Below are positions 24,097 through 32,000 of a DNA stretch of 32,000 bases, in pieces (within the stretch, counting starts at the first letter, position 1; each line of letters starts with the position of its first letter). Source of the stretch: Geotalea daltonii FRC-32. Its GTDB lineage: Bacteria; Desulfobacterota; Desulfuromonadia; Geobacterales; Geobacteraceae. The translations under genes and the position numbers were made by a program. The stretch spans positions 180,001 to 212,000 of the forward strand of contig NC_011979.1 in the NCBI RefSeq assembly GCF_000022265.1. Reading direction: 5' to 3'. Under the pieces are notes generated by a model. It made no database searches and was not told the DNA's origin. It was given only the letters and a program-made list of their open reading frames with translations.

Positions 24097-24191
24097 CGAT
24101 GCACAAGTTTTATTTTTAGACTTAACATGCTGAAAAATAACGTATTTAAAATTATAATAAAGTTTGTTGATAGGCATGAATGGATCGCAAT

Positions 24192-24356
24192 CGACGATAT
24201 GTCGTCGGTTGCTGCCGCTGCAGAACTATCAAGAACCACATTCGAGGGGGATCAAAAAAGGGTCCAAATATGCAATTAAGAAAGGTATTTGGCGTGGGTG
24301 AAGGAGGGTTTAAGGATTGACGACGATATTTCGTTGGAAAGACGATATCTCGCCGC
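24192..24356. promoter_or_regulatory. Three copies of a GACGATAT-N-TCG motif, candidate enhancer sites for the adjacent sigma-54 activator
   Basis: CGACGATATGTCGTCGG (24192-24208; arms CGACGA/TCGTCG are palindromic), CGACGATATTTCGTTGG (24321-24337) and AGACGATATCTCGCCGC (24340-24356). They lie 100-260 bp upstream of the -24/-12 element. Confidence 0.35.
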
Positions 24357-24391
24357 GGAGGGGGTGCCGCAAGATATGAGGGGCATGTTGT

Positions 24392-26371
24392 TTACGGGGT
24401 TTCAGCTGACAGATGTCTTCTTCTGATGCCTAATTTCTTCATTCTGGAGTTGAGAGTTGTCGGTTTCATGCCGAGGATCTCGGCAGCGCCATTCCTGCCC
24501 CGGATGCGCCAGCCGGTCTTTTCCAGGACAGAGTTGATGTGCATCCGCTCCATTCCCTCTATGGTCATGGGTTGAGCGGTGGCAGCTGAGACACCATCCT
24601 GAATATCCATCACCAGTGATGCACCATTGTTGAGAATCATGGCCCTTTCTACAAGATTTCTCAGTTCCCTGATATTTCCCGGCCAGTGGTAGCGCTCCAT
24701 GGCGTCCATGTTCTTCTTGGGAATGCGCTCGATGGTTTTGCCGAAGACTTTGCCGAATTCCTCAACCATAGCCCAGACGAGCAGGGGAATATCTTCCCGC
24801 CGCTCGCGCAACGGCGGAACCGAAATGGGGAACACGTTGAGCCGGTAGTAAAGATCTTCGCGAAAGGTTCCCTCTTTGACTGCCTGAACAAGGCTCTTGT
24901 TTGTGGCAGCGATAACGCGCACATCCACCTTGATGGGTTTAGGGTTGCCCAGCCGCTCGAACTGGCCCTCTTGAATGACCCGCAGTAGTTTGGACTGCAG
25001 TTCCAGGGGTAGTTCGCCGATTTCATCGAGAAAAATGGTCGAGCCATTGGCGGCCTCGAAGCGGCCGATCTGGGTGGAGACGGCTCCTGTATACGCTCCT
25101 TTTTCATGACCGAACAGTTCCGCTTCGATAAGTGCTCCGGGCAGTGCGGCGCAATTGACCTTAATCATTGCCCGTGCCATACGGGGGCTTGCATTGTGGA
25201 TCGCCCTGGCTATCAGTTCTTTGCCGGTACCGGTTTCACCCAGGATAAGCACCGTGGAACCGGTACTCGCCACCTGCTTGATCTGGACAAGGACGTTCCG
25301 GATGGCATCTGATTTGCCGATGATTTCCTCATGTTTGTATTCCACGTGGATCTGGTCACGGAGATAAACGTTCTCAGCCTCCAGGCGGTCCTTCAGTTGC
25401 TTGATCTCCGCCAGGGCATTTTGAATTTTCTGATCGGCCCGCTTACGTTCCAGGGCATTGGCAAAGATTTCCCACAACAGGCGGAGTCTTTGGGTAAGCT
25501 CATCGGGCCATTCTCTTTTGACCCGGTATGAAACGAAAGTGATGGCACCGACAATGATGCCGCCGATGCTTGCCGGGATAAACATGATAGATTTTATGCC
25601 CCCCTGATCCTTGCAGTACTTTTTTTCGCTCCAGAATCGGTCAGGCAGTTCATCGATATCGGAAACGCGAAAAGTTTCTCCCCCGTGGATCATGCTGATC
25701 CAGACCGGTATCAGGCCGACAATGGTCGGTGGCGGCTGTTTGATCCCGGGCATGGCGAAAGAATGGGTGATATGTAAACTGTTGCCGTCGGGTGAGAGAT
25801 GCCAGATGCTGCAACGCTCGAATCCCAGGAACTCAACCAGTTTCTGCAGCCCTTCCTCGATTTTTCGGTCAACTTCACTCACCGACAGATTGATGAAGGC
25901 GGAGGAAAGGTTGGAGAGAAAAGCCTCCACTTGCAGTCGTTCTGCCTGAACGCTTTCTTTTATCTTTTGCTCGGTGATATCCTGGACTATCAACCCACAG
26001 CGATAAACTGTTCCATCGTTGCTCATAAGGGGATAAGAGCAGACCAGCCAGAACTTTTCCTGGATAGACCGGTCCGGAAGGGGCTTGTGCACAACCAGTT
26101 CAAGATCCACAAACGCCCGGCCTTCGGTAATGGTGCGGGATACTACCGGCTCCACAGCCCGGGCGATCATCTGATCGACCTCCCTCAGCGTCCGGCCCGC
26201 ATGGTCCTTTACCGGCAGATCGGTCATGGTTGCCATTCGATCATTGATGGCTATGTAGCGCAAGCCGCAATCGATGATGGCAATACCGAACTGGTTCAGT
26301 TCGAACAACTGTTCAAGGTTGTTGAATATGTCTTCACCCTTGCTTGGCGCAGAATTGAATGTGGCATTCAT
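24392..26371 (-). CDS. Sigma-54-dependent transcriptional activator with PAS and GAF sensor domains
   Basis: AAA+ motifs [21 protein letters not shown] and [11 protein letters not shown]-terminal [25 protein letters not shown]-terminal PAS-like and GAF-like regions. I prefer the start at 26371 (GGAAGG SD). Confidence 0.9.
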   Translation of the reverse strand: MNATFNSAPSKGEDIFNNLEQLFELNQFGIAIIDCGLRYIAINDRMATMTDLPVKDHAGRTLREVDQMIARAVEPVVSRTITEGRAFVDLELVVHKPLPDRSIQEKFWLVCSYPLMSNDGTVYRCGLIVQDITEQKIKESVQAERLQVEAFLSNLSSAFINLSVSEVDRKIEEGLQKLVEFLGFERCSIWHLSPDGNSLHITHSFAMPGIKQPPPTIVGLIPVWISMIHGGETFRVSDIDELPDRFWSEKKYCKDQGGIKSIMFIPASIGGIIVGAITFVSYRVKREWPDELTQRLRLLWEIFANALERKRADQKIQNALAEIKQLKDRLEAENVYLRDQIHVEYKHEEIIGKSDAIRNVLVQIKQVASTGSTVLILGETGTGKELIARAIHNASPRMARAMIKVNCAALPGALIEAELFGHEKGAYTGAVSTQIGRFEAANGSTIFLDEIGELPLELQSKLLRVIQEGQFERLGNPKPIKVDVRVIAATNKSLVQAVKEGTFREDLYYRLNVFPISVPPLRERREDIPLLVWAMVEEFGKVFGKTIERIPKKNMDAMERYHWPGNIRELRNLVERAMILNNGASLVMDIQDGVSAATAQPMTIEGMERMHINSVLEKTGWRIRGRNGAAEILGMKPTTLNSRMKKLGIRRRHLSAETP

Positions 26372-26503
26372 AGCTGAACCTTCCAAAGCAGAATATTGTT
26401 TTACAGAATAACACACTGTTTTTAAACAATCAATCTTCGGCTTGCTGGTGATGCATACTGGTTGGCTATGGCAAAATAAAATGATTTTTGTTTATCGATG
26501 GGG

Positions 26504-26538
26504 AAATAAAAAAAGGCCGTCCCTATGAAAAGACGGCC
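26504..26538 (-). terminator. Rho-independent terminator ending the thl2-crt2-hbd2-acd operon
   Basis: On the minus strand, GGCCGTC-loop-GACGGCC is followed by TTTTTTTATTT. Confidence 0.75.
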
Positions 26539-26567
26539 GTTTACGAGTTGCAGGGAATGATGCATTT

Positions 26568-28319
26568 TCAGAAAATATATTTTCCTGCCTCCTGCGCCGC
26601 CTGGGACAGCCGATGTTTTGCCTCCAGCAGCCCTTCAACCGGGCAGGCGGCCAAGTCTGCCACAGTCCTGTGCATCCTGCTCAGGTTCTCCCCAGTCAGG
26701 GCGTAGGCGCAACAGCGGCTCGCCGCTGACTGGAACTGTCTGGACAGGTCAAAGGTCAGTGCGGTTACTACCGCCTTGAGCAACTCCTGCTTTGACTGGC
26801 TGGCGGAGGCAAAGGTTTTGTCCGCTCTGAGCAGGGCGCTTTCCAGGGCAAAGGTGGTGATGACCATGTCGGCGATAGCCAGCAGCACCTCCTGGTGGTC
26901 TTTAGCCGGGACCGCTGCTCCAACCATCGTCAGGAAGAGCTGCTTCAGCCTGGCAACGGTTGTCGCGGCAGCGGTAAACTCGCCGGCATAGGCTGTTTCC
27001 GTTACTGCTCCTTCTTCGGCTTTTTTGACCAGTTTCCAGAGGGGACTGCCACTATTGTCCGCCTTGCGGAAGAGCATGGTGGGAATGAGGATGCGGTTGA
27101 TTTCGTTGGTTCCCTCGAAGATGCGCTGGATGCGCGAATCCCGGTAGTATCGCTCCACCGGGTACTCGGCGATGTAGCCATAGCCGCCATGGATCTGCAC
27201 TGCTTCGTCCACCACCATATCAAGCTGCTCGGTGCAGAAAACCTTGGCAATGGCGCATTCGGCGGCATATTCCTCGATGGCCTTCTGGTAACGCTCGTAA
27301 TAATCGCTACCCGAATGGTCGAGGAGCGCCAGCCGGCTGTCCAGGAGTCCGGCGACCCGGTAGATCACTGTCTCGGAGGCAAAGATGGCAGCGGTCATGT
27401 CCGCCAGCTTTTCCCGGATGGCGCCGAATTCGCCGATGGTCCTGCCGAACTGCTTCCGTTCCGTGGCGTAGGAAGCCGCCTCACCAAAGGCCCCCTTGGA
27501 CATCCCCAGAGCCTGGGTGGCCACCTTCAGGCGCCCGACGTTGAGGACGTTGAAGGCGATTTTATGCCCCTTGCCCGGCTCACCCAGCAGGTTTTCCACC
27601 GGTACCTTGACGTTATCCAGAACCAGCTGGGTGGTCGAGGAGCCCCGGAGTCCCATTTTCTTTTCTTCTGCGCCGACGGAAAAGCCTTCGAAGCTCTTTT
27701 CCACGAGAAATGCTGAAAAGTGAAGGCCGTCGATCTTGGCGAAGACGGTGAAGAGGTCGGCAAAGGCCGAGTTTGTGATGAACTGCTTGGTGCCGTTGAG
27801 GATGTAGTGCCTGCCGTCGGCGGATAGGGTAGCGGTGGTCCGCGAGCTCAAGGGATCGCTGCCGCAGTCCGGCTCGGTCAGGGCATAGGCGCCGAACCAT
27901 TCGCCCGAGGAGAGTTTTTCCAGATAGCGCTCTTTCTGGTCGGCAGTCCCATAGTAGACCATGGGGAGGATGCCGATGCCCGTATGGCCGCCGAAGGCCA
28001 TGCAGAACGACGTTGCCGGCGCCACCTTTTCGATCATCAGCATGTTGGTAGTCTTCTCCAGTTCCAGCCCACCGTACTCTTCGGGTACTTCGGCTAGAAA
28101 CAGGCCAAGGTCGGCACACTGGCGCATCTTTTCCACGACGAAGGCGAAATCCTTGTCCTCGATCCGATCCAGATGAGGAAAGACCTCCTTCTTCATGAAC
28201 TCATCGGTGGTTTCCGCAATCTGCCGCTGTTCGGCAGTGAATTCCTCCGGTGAGAAGGTGTCCATGCGGGCGGTGTCGGCCAGGAGAAATTCTCCGCCGC
28301 TCAAAAGGGTGCTGTGCAT
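26568..28319 (-). CDS. Long-form acyl-CoA dehydrogenase (~583 aa, with C-terminal extension)
   Basis: ACAD blocks YALTEPDCGSDP, HGGYGYIAEYPVERYYRDSRIQRIFEGTNEI. Length resembles B. subtilis FadE/VLCAD-type enzymes. I prefer the start at 28319 (GGAGA SD) over the 28460 track start, which would overlap hbd2. Confidence 0.9.
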   Translation of the reverse strand: MHSTLLSGGEFLLADTARMDTFSPEEFTAEQRQIAETTDEFMKKEVFPHLDRIEDKDFAFVVEKMRQCADLGLFLAEVPEEYGGLELEKTTNMLMIEKVAPATSFCMAFGGHTGIGILPMVYYGTADQKERYLEKLSSGEWFGAYALTEPDCGSDPLSSRTTATLSADGRHYILNGTKQFITNSAFADLFTVFAKIDGLHFSAFLVEKSFEGFSVGAEEKKMGLRGSSTTQLVLDNVKVPVENLLGEPGKGHKIAFNVLNVGRLKVATQALGMSKGAFGEAASYATERKQFGRTIGEFGAIREKLADMTAAIFASETVIYRVAGLLDSRLALLDHSGSDYYERYQKAIEEYAAECAIAKVFCTEQLDMVVDEAVQIHGGYGYIAEYPVERYYRDSRIQRIFEGTNEINRILIPTMLFRKADNSGSPLWKLVKKAEEGAVTETAYAGEFTAAATTVARLKQLFLTMVGAAVPAKDHQEVLLAIADMVITTFALESALLRADKTFASASQSKQELLKAVVTALTFDLSRQFQSAASRCCAYALTGENLSRMHRTVADLAACPVEGLLEAKHRLSQAAQEAGKYIF

Positions 28320-28407
28320 TGCCGTCTCCTTGTAGCGTAGGGGCGCACCCCTGTGTGCGCCCTGTTTCGCCATGTGTAAGCATGATTCCGGGCAGACAAA
28401 GTCAGCC

Positions 28408-29277
28408 CTATTTTTCTTCCGAATAATCGTAGAACCCTCTGCCCGCCTTGCGTCCCACATAGCCCGCCTTGATCATGTTCCGCAAAAGGCCGGGAGCGGC
28501 GAAGCGCTCCTGCTTCATGTATTCGTGGAAGATGTTGATGACGTGGTAGCCGATGTCCACCCCCGCGAAATCCTGGAACTCCAGCGGCCCCATGGGCATG
28601 TTGCAGCCGAGCTTCATGGCGGTGTCGATGTCCTCTGCCGATGCCACCCCTTCCTCAAGGAGCCGCACCGCGTCGATGATGTAGGGGACAAACAAACGGT
28701 TGACGACGAAGCCGGGGGTGTCCTTGCAGGTGATGGCGGTCTTGCCGATCTTTTTCGCCATATCCAGGGCGAGATCTTTGGTGGCGGGTGCGGTCTGCAG
28801 GGCCGGGATCACCTCCACCAGTTTCATTACCGGCACCGGATTGAAGAAGTGCATGCCGATGAAGTTGGCCGGGTTCTTCACCAGGGCCGCCATTTCCGTG
28901 ATGGAGATCGACGACGTATTGGTGGCGTAGATGGTGTCGCTGCCGCAGACGGCATCCAGTTTAGCGAACAGTTCCTTTTTGACATTGATATCCTCGAAGA
29001 CCGCCTCGAAGATGAAAGGTACGTCTTTGAGGCTCGCCACGTCGGTGGAGAAGCTGATGCGGGCGATGGTCTCCTCCATCTCCTTCTCGGTGATGGTCCC
29101 CTTCTTCACCACCCGCTCCAGGCTCTTGACGATAGTCTTCTTCGCCCGTCCCCAGACCTCTTCGCTCATATCCACCACTTTCACCTGCAGACCGGCCATG
29201 GCGGCAATCTGGGCAATGCCGGCCCCCATGCTCCCTGCTCCTGCCATACCTACTGTTTTGATATCTTCAAGTTTCAT
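28408..29277 (-). CDS. hbd: 3-hydroxyacyl-CoA dehydrogenase, copy 2
   Basis: 289 aa. Differs from copy 1 at only 5 residues. Confidence 0.9.
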   Translation of the reverse strand: MKLEDIKTVGMAGAGSMGAGIAQIAAMAGLQVKVVDMSEEVWGRAKKTIVKSLERVVKKGTITEKEMEETIARISFSTDVASLKDVPFIFEAVFEDINVKKELFAKLDAVCGSDTIYATNTSSISITEMAALVKNPANFIGMHFFNPVPVMKLVEVIPALQTAPATKDLALDMAKKIGKTAITCKDTPGFVVNRLFVPYIIDAVRLLEEGVASAEDIDTAMKLGCNMPMGPLEFQDFAGVDIGYHVINIFHEYMKQERFAAPGLLRNMIKAGYVGRKAGRGFYDYSEEK

Positions 29278-29318
29278 TGTCTGTTCTCCTCATATGGTTT
29301 AGTCAAAAAACTTGGTTA

Positions 29319-29423
29319 GCCACGAATGAAAGAAGCAGTTGTCGCGTCCCCCTTTAAGAAAGGGGGGTAACTTCCAATGTTTGTTTTCGATTTTCATTCG
29401 TGTTCATTCGTGTAATTCGTGGC
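29319..29423. repeat. Family B nested palindrome, duplicate copy
   Basis: Identical to 17400-17504 (offset 11919). Confidence 0.6.
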
Positions 29424-29440
29424 AAAAGATGCTTTTAGGG

Positions 29441-30223
29441 TTATTCGTTCTTGAACTCCGGCCTTCTCTTCTCCACAAAAGCGGTCAGCCCTTCCTTGGC
29501 ATCGTGGGTCTTGCTGTTTTCCGCCGAATATTTGCGCTCCACGGCCAGGGCCTGCTCCAGGGGAAAGTCTATCCCCTCATAAACCGCAGCCTTGATGTAA
29601 CCCAGGGCCTTGCCCGCTCCTGCGGCCAGTTCCTGGGCGAACTGCATCACTTCCGCCTGGAAGTTCTCCGGCTCGATCAGCTTGTCCACCAGGCCTATTG
29701 CCAAAGCTTCCTGGGGGCTCATGGTCCTGCCGCGCAGCAGAATGTCCAGGGCCTTGGACAGCCCCACCAGTCGCGGCAGCCGCTGGGTGCCACCGGCGCC
29801 GGGGATGATGCCGAGCCCTGCCTCAGGCAGGCCGATCAGCGCTTTGCCCGAGGTCATCAGTCGGTAGTCGCAGGCCAGGGCCAGTTCGCAGCCCCCACCC
29901 AGGGCATGGCCGTTGATGGCGGCGATGACGATCTTCTTCATGCGGTTGAGGATATTGTTGGCACCCTGCAGGAGCTTGGAGAACTGTTCCGCTTCGGCGG
30001 CATCCTGGGCCGCCATCTCCTTTATATCGGCCCCGGCGATGAAGGCCTTTTCCAGGGCGCTGGTGATGATGACCACGGTAATATCTTCCATCTGCTCGGC
30101 TTCGCTGAAGGCCTTGAACAGCTCCTGACCGAACACGCCGTTCAAGGGATTGGTGGGGGGACGGTTGAGGCTGATGGTGAGGACTCTGCCTTCCTGTTTG
30201 AGGGTAATGAATTCGTAAGACAT
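29441..30223 (-). CDS. crt: Enoyl-CoA hydratase, copy 2
   Basis: 260 aa. Identical to copy 1 except 3 residues near the N-terminus (KKDD vs KQEG). Confidence 0.9.
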   Translation of the reverse strand: MSYEFITLKQEGRVLTISLNRPPTNPLNGVFGQELFKAFSEAEQMEDITVVIITSALEKAFIAGADIKEMAAQDAAEAEQFSKLLQGANNILNRMKKIVIAAINGHALGGGCELALACDYRLMTSGKALIGLPEAGLGIIPGAGGTQRLPRLVGLSKALDILLRGRTMSPQEALAIGLVDKLIEPENFQAEVMQFAQELAAGAGKALGYIKAAVYEGIDFPLEQALAVERKYSAENSKTHDAKEGLTAFVEKRRPEFKNE

Positions 30224-30285
30224 GGTATTGCTCCTGTAGCTAAGGATGGTTCCCTTAAGGGATTGAGGGGATTTGCCTCTAGTAC

Positions 30286-30452
30286 GGCAGTCGTGGCATC
30301 GTCCGTTCGTTCTGTCGCCACAGCTGCGGACCTTGCGGTGCCGCCCGTGTAATTATGCACATTTTTGAAGTGGCATTTCCCCTTTGTTCAACATGCGGCG
30401 GGTGTCCGCTCGCCGCTGTGGCTCGTCACTCACTCCCGATGCCACGACTGCC
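30286..30452 (-). repeat. Family A repeat, copy A5
   Basis: Identical to A4 (offset 11919). Confidence 0.85.
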
Positions 30453-30480
30453 TGCTCCAACAGTGTGCCTGGTAATCCTG

Positions 30481-31671
30481 TCAGCTTACCTTCAGCACAA
30501 CCGATGCAGCGGTATCCCCGGCGGCGCAGCCGGAGAAAAGGAGATACCCTCCACCCTTGACGGCCAGTTCCTCGATCCCTTCGATCATCAGCCTGGCGCC
30601 GGTGGGGGCCTGGGGATGACCGTAGATGAGGGATGAGCCGTAGTTGTTCATGGTGTTCACATCCATGCCCAGCTCTTTGGCCATGGCCAGGTCGTTGGCG
30701 GCAAAGGGGTTATGGGTTTTTACCGCCTTGATGTCGCTGACCTTGATTCCGGCCTTGTCCAGGGCCATCTGGGCCGATGGGGCTACGGCTGCCGCCATGT
30801 GCGCCTTCTTGGTGCGGGCAAAGCCGAAGGAGACAATCTGGATTTCCAGGCTGGGGTTGGCGCTCAGCTCCTTTGCCTTCTCCCGGGTGGTGACGCTGAT
30901 GCCGCAGTTGCCGTCGGCGGGGAAGGTCTGGGCGCCGAAGGTGAGGACGCCGTCGGGAAGAACCGGTTTCAGTCCGGCCAGCCCCTCTTTGGTGGTGGCC
31001 ATTACCCCTTCGTCCGCTTCCAGGGTAATGGTCTTCTTTTTCGAGATCTGGACTTCCACCGGGAACATGTAGCGTTTCTGGAACTCCCGGTCGCCGGCCA
31101 GGGCCTGCTGGTATTGTTCATAACGCCGCAGCGTCAGCTCGTCGCACTGCTCGCGGGTGATGCCGAATTCTTTAGCCACATTCTCGGCGGTGCGGATCAT
31201 GGCTTCACCGGCCCATGGGTCTTTGTTCACATTGTCCATGAACCAGTCTTCGGCGATGGGCTTGCCGCCGGGGCCGGCGGGGTTCGGCCAGACGGCATGG
31301 GGTCCATTGGAACAGCGGTCAGCCATAAGGCACCAGCTGTTGTCGAACATGCCGGTTTCGACGCCCATTCCTGCCTGGTAGAGGGAAAAAGCGGAGGTTG
31401 AGCAGGCCTGGGTGATGAGTACGCCGGGAGAGCTTTCTGCCCCCATCATCGCCGCAGCCCACGGTCCGCTGTAGAACCACTGCTGCTGATAGACGGTGCT
31501 GCCGACCAGGACATATTCAATAGTCTTCGGGTCCCACCCCTTGCTCTCGAAAAACCTTTTGGAGGTGGCAGCGCCAAGAATGATGGAATGCTCGTTGGCC
31601 AGGGTCCCCTGCCACTTGGCGAAGGGGGTGCTGTAGTAGCCGCGGTAGGGGATGTAGGCTTTGGTTAACAT
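30481..31671 (-). CDS. Thiolase family acyl-CoA C-acyltransferase, copy 2 (diverged paralog)
   Basis: 396 aa, the same length as copy 1. By eye roughly four-fifths identical, with an identical last ~35 residues. Confidence 0.9.
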   Translation of the reverse strand: MLTKAYIPYRGYYSTPFAKWQGTLANEHSIILGAATSKRFFESKGWDPKTIEYVLVGSTVYQQQWFYSGPWAAAMMGAESSPGVLITQACSTSAFSLYQAGMGVETGMFDNSWCLMADRCSNGPHAVWPNPAGPGGKPIAEDWFMDNVNKDPWAGEAMIRTAENVAKEFGITREQCDELTLRRYEQYQQALAGDREFQKRYMFPVEVQISKKKTITLEADEGVMATTKEGLAGLKPVLPDGVLTFGAQTFPADGNCGISVTTREKAKELSANPSLEIQIVSFGFARTKKAHMAAAVAPSAQMALDKAGIKVSDIKAVKTHNPFAANDLAMAKELGMDVNTMNNYGSSLIYGHPQAPTGARLMIEGIEELAVKGGGYLLFSGCAAGDTAASVVLKVS

Positions 31672-31731
31672 GTGAATCTCCTTGCTGTTTGGAATAACTT
31701 CCCACTGATGGGGAAGCCGTCATGAATGGAG

Positions 31732-32000
31732 TTAATGGTCACTGGCGTCGGCCATGCCGTAACCTGTGTTCTGCCGGATATACAGTTCATCGAACATCTC
31801 CTCTTCCCGGCGACTGCCGAAGAGGAAGGTGCCGGCGATTGCGGCCAGGAAGCCGACCGGCACCGAGAGGATGGCCGGGTTCTTCAAGGGGAAGAGCGGT
31901 GCATCGAGACCGACCAGGGACTTGCCGTCCTTGTTCTTTTCATAGTCAGCCCGCGCTTTCACCAGAGCCTTCGAGTCCTTGTCGGCGAGCACCATCCCGG
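31732..32000 (-). CDS. actP: ActP-like cation/acetate symporter paralog, C-terminal fragment (5' end outside the window)
   Basis: ...SLVGLDAPLFPLKNPAILSVPVGFLAAIAG...EEEMFDELYIRQNTGYGMA aligns with the C-terminus of the ActP at 8213-10180. The ORF runs off the right edge. Confidence 0.85.
   Translation of the reverse strand, partial: GMVLADKDSKALVKARADYEKNKDGKSLVGLDAPLFPLKNPAILSVPVGFLAAIAGTFLFGSRREEEMFDELYIRQNTGYGMADASDH

Noticed and set aside
28341-28362. The 8-bp GC hairpin (GGGCGCAC/GTGCGCCC) between hbd2 and the acyl-CoA dehydrogenase gene as a terminator.
   Set aside because: No U-tract follows on the transcribed (minus) strand, and the SD and start of the next gene follow immediately. 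It is more likely an intra-operon mRNA structure.
28320-28460. The long N-terminal extension of the acyl-CoA dehydrogenase (track start 28460), which would overlap hbd2.
   Set aside because: The extension has no homology features and would overlap the hbd2 3' end by 53 nt. The ATG at 28319 has a GGAGA SD and gives a canonical ACAD N-terminus.
10610-30452. Family A, B and C repeats as a CRISPR array.
   Set aside because: The repeats are 100-170 bp, internally palindromic, irregularly spaced by whole genes, and have no cas genes nearby.

Overview
High-GC chromosomal segment from an anaerobe. Its gene content resembles Geobacter/Syntrophus-type Deltaproteobacteria, but I cannot assign a species without a search. 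Layout: (i) 1-3321 (+): 3' end of a sigma-54 activator gene, a sigma-54 promoter, a stand-alone cytoplasmic Mo/W-bis-pyranopterin enzyme and mobA. (ii) 3322-8212: a visibly AT-richer accessory stretch. It holds only exported or hypothetical proteins (BNR/Asp-box protein, 243-aa and 112-aa exported proteins, a 58-aa lipoprotein candidate below the ORF-track cutoff), a start-less XRE antitoxin fragment, a displaced second copy of the mobA 3' end, and four copies of a ~114-bp inverted-repeat element. (iii) 8213-32000: all on the minus strand, an organic-acid catabolic super-cluster. Gene order in transcription direction (right to left) is actP paralog (partial), thiolase2-crotonase2-hbd2-long acyl-CoA dehydrogenase, terminator, PAS-GAF sigma-54 activator, sigma-54 promoter, HgdC-type ATPase, single-subunit HgdB/BcrB-family Fe-S protein, ADP-forming acyl-CoA synthetase, thiolase1-crotonase1-hbd1, paaK-iorA-iorB, ACT protein, PanE-family reductase, yjcH-actP. 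Main points of interest: an orphan ATP-dependent Fe-S module (double-cubane/YjiLM-like) with unknown substrate; a 3.26-kb indel-free direct duplication with mosaic near-identity, suggesting gene conversion; a ~170-bp structured intergenic repeat family whose stems show compensatory changes and G-U pairing only in the transcribed sense; and an insertion that appears to have replaced the 3' end of mobA. No rRNA, tRNA, CRISPR array, transposase or integrase was seen.
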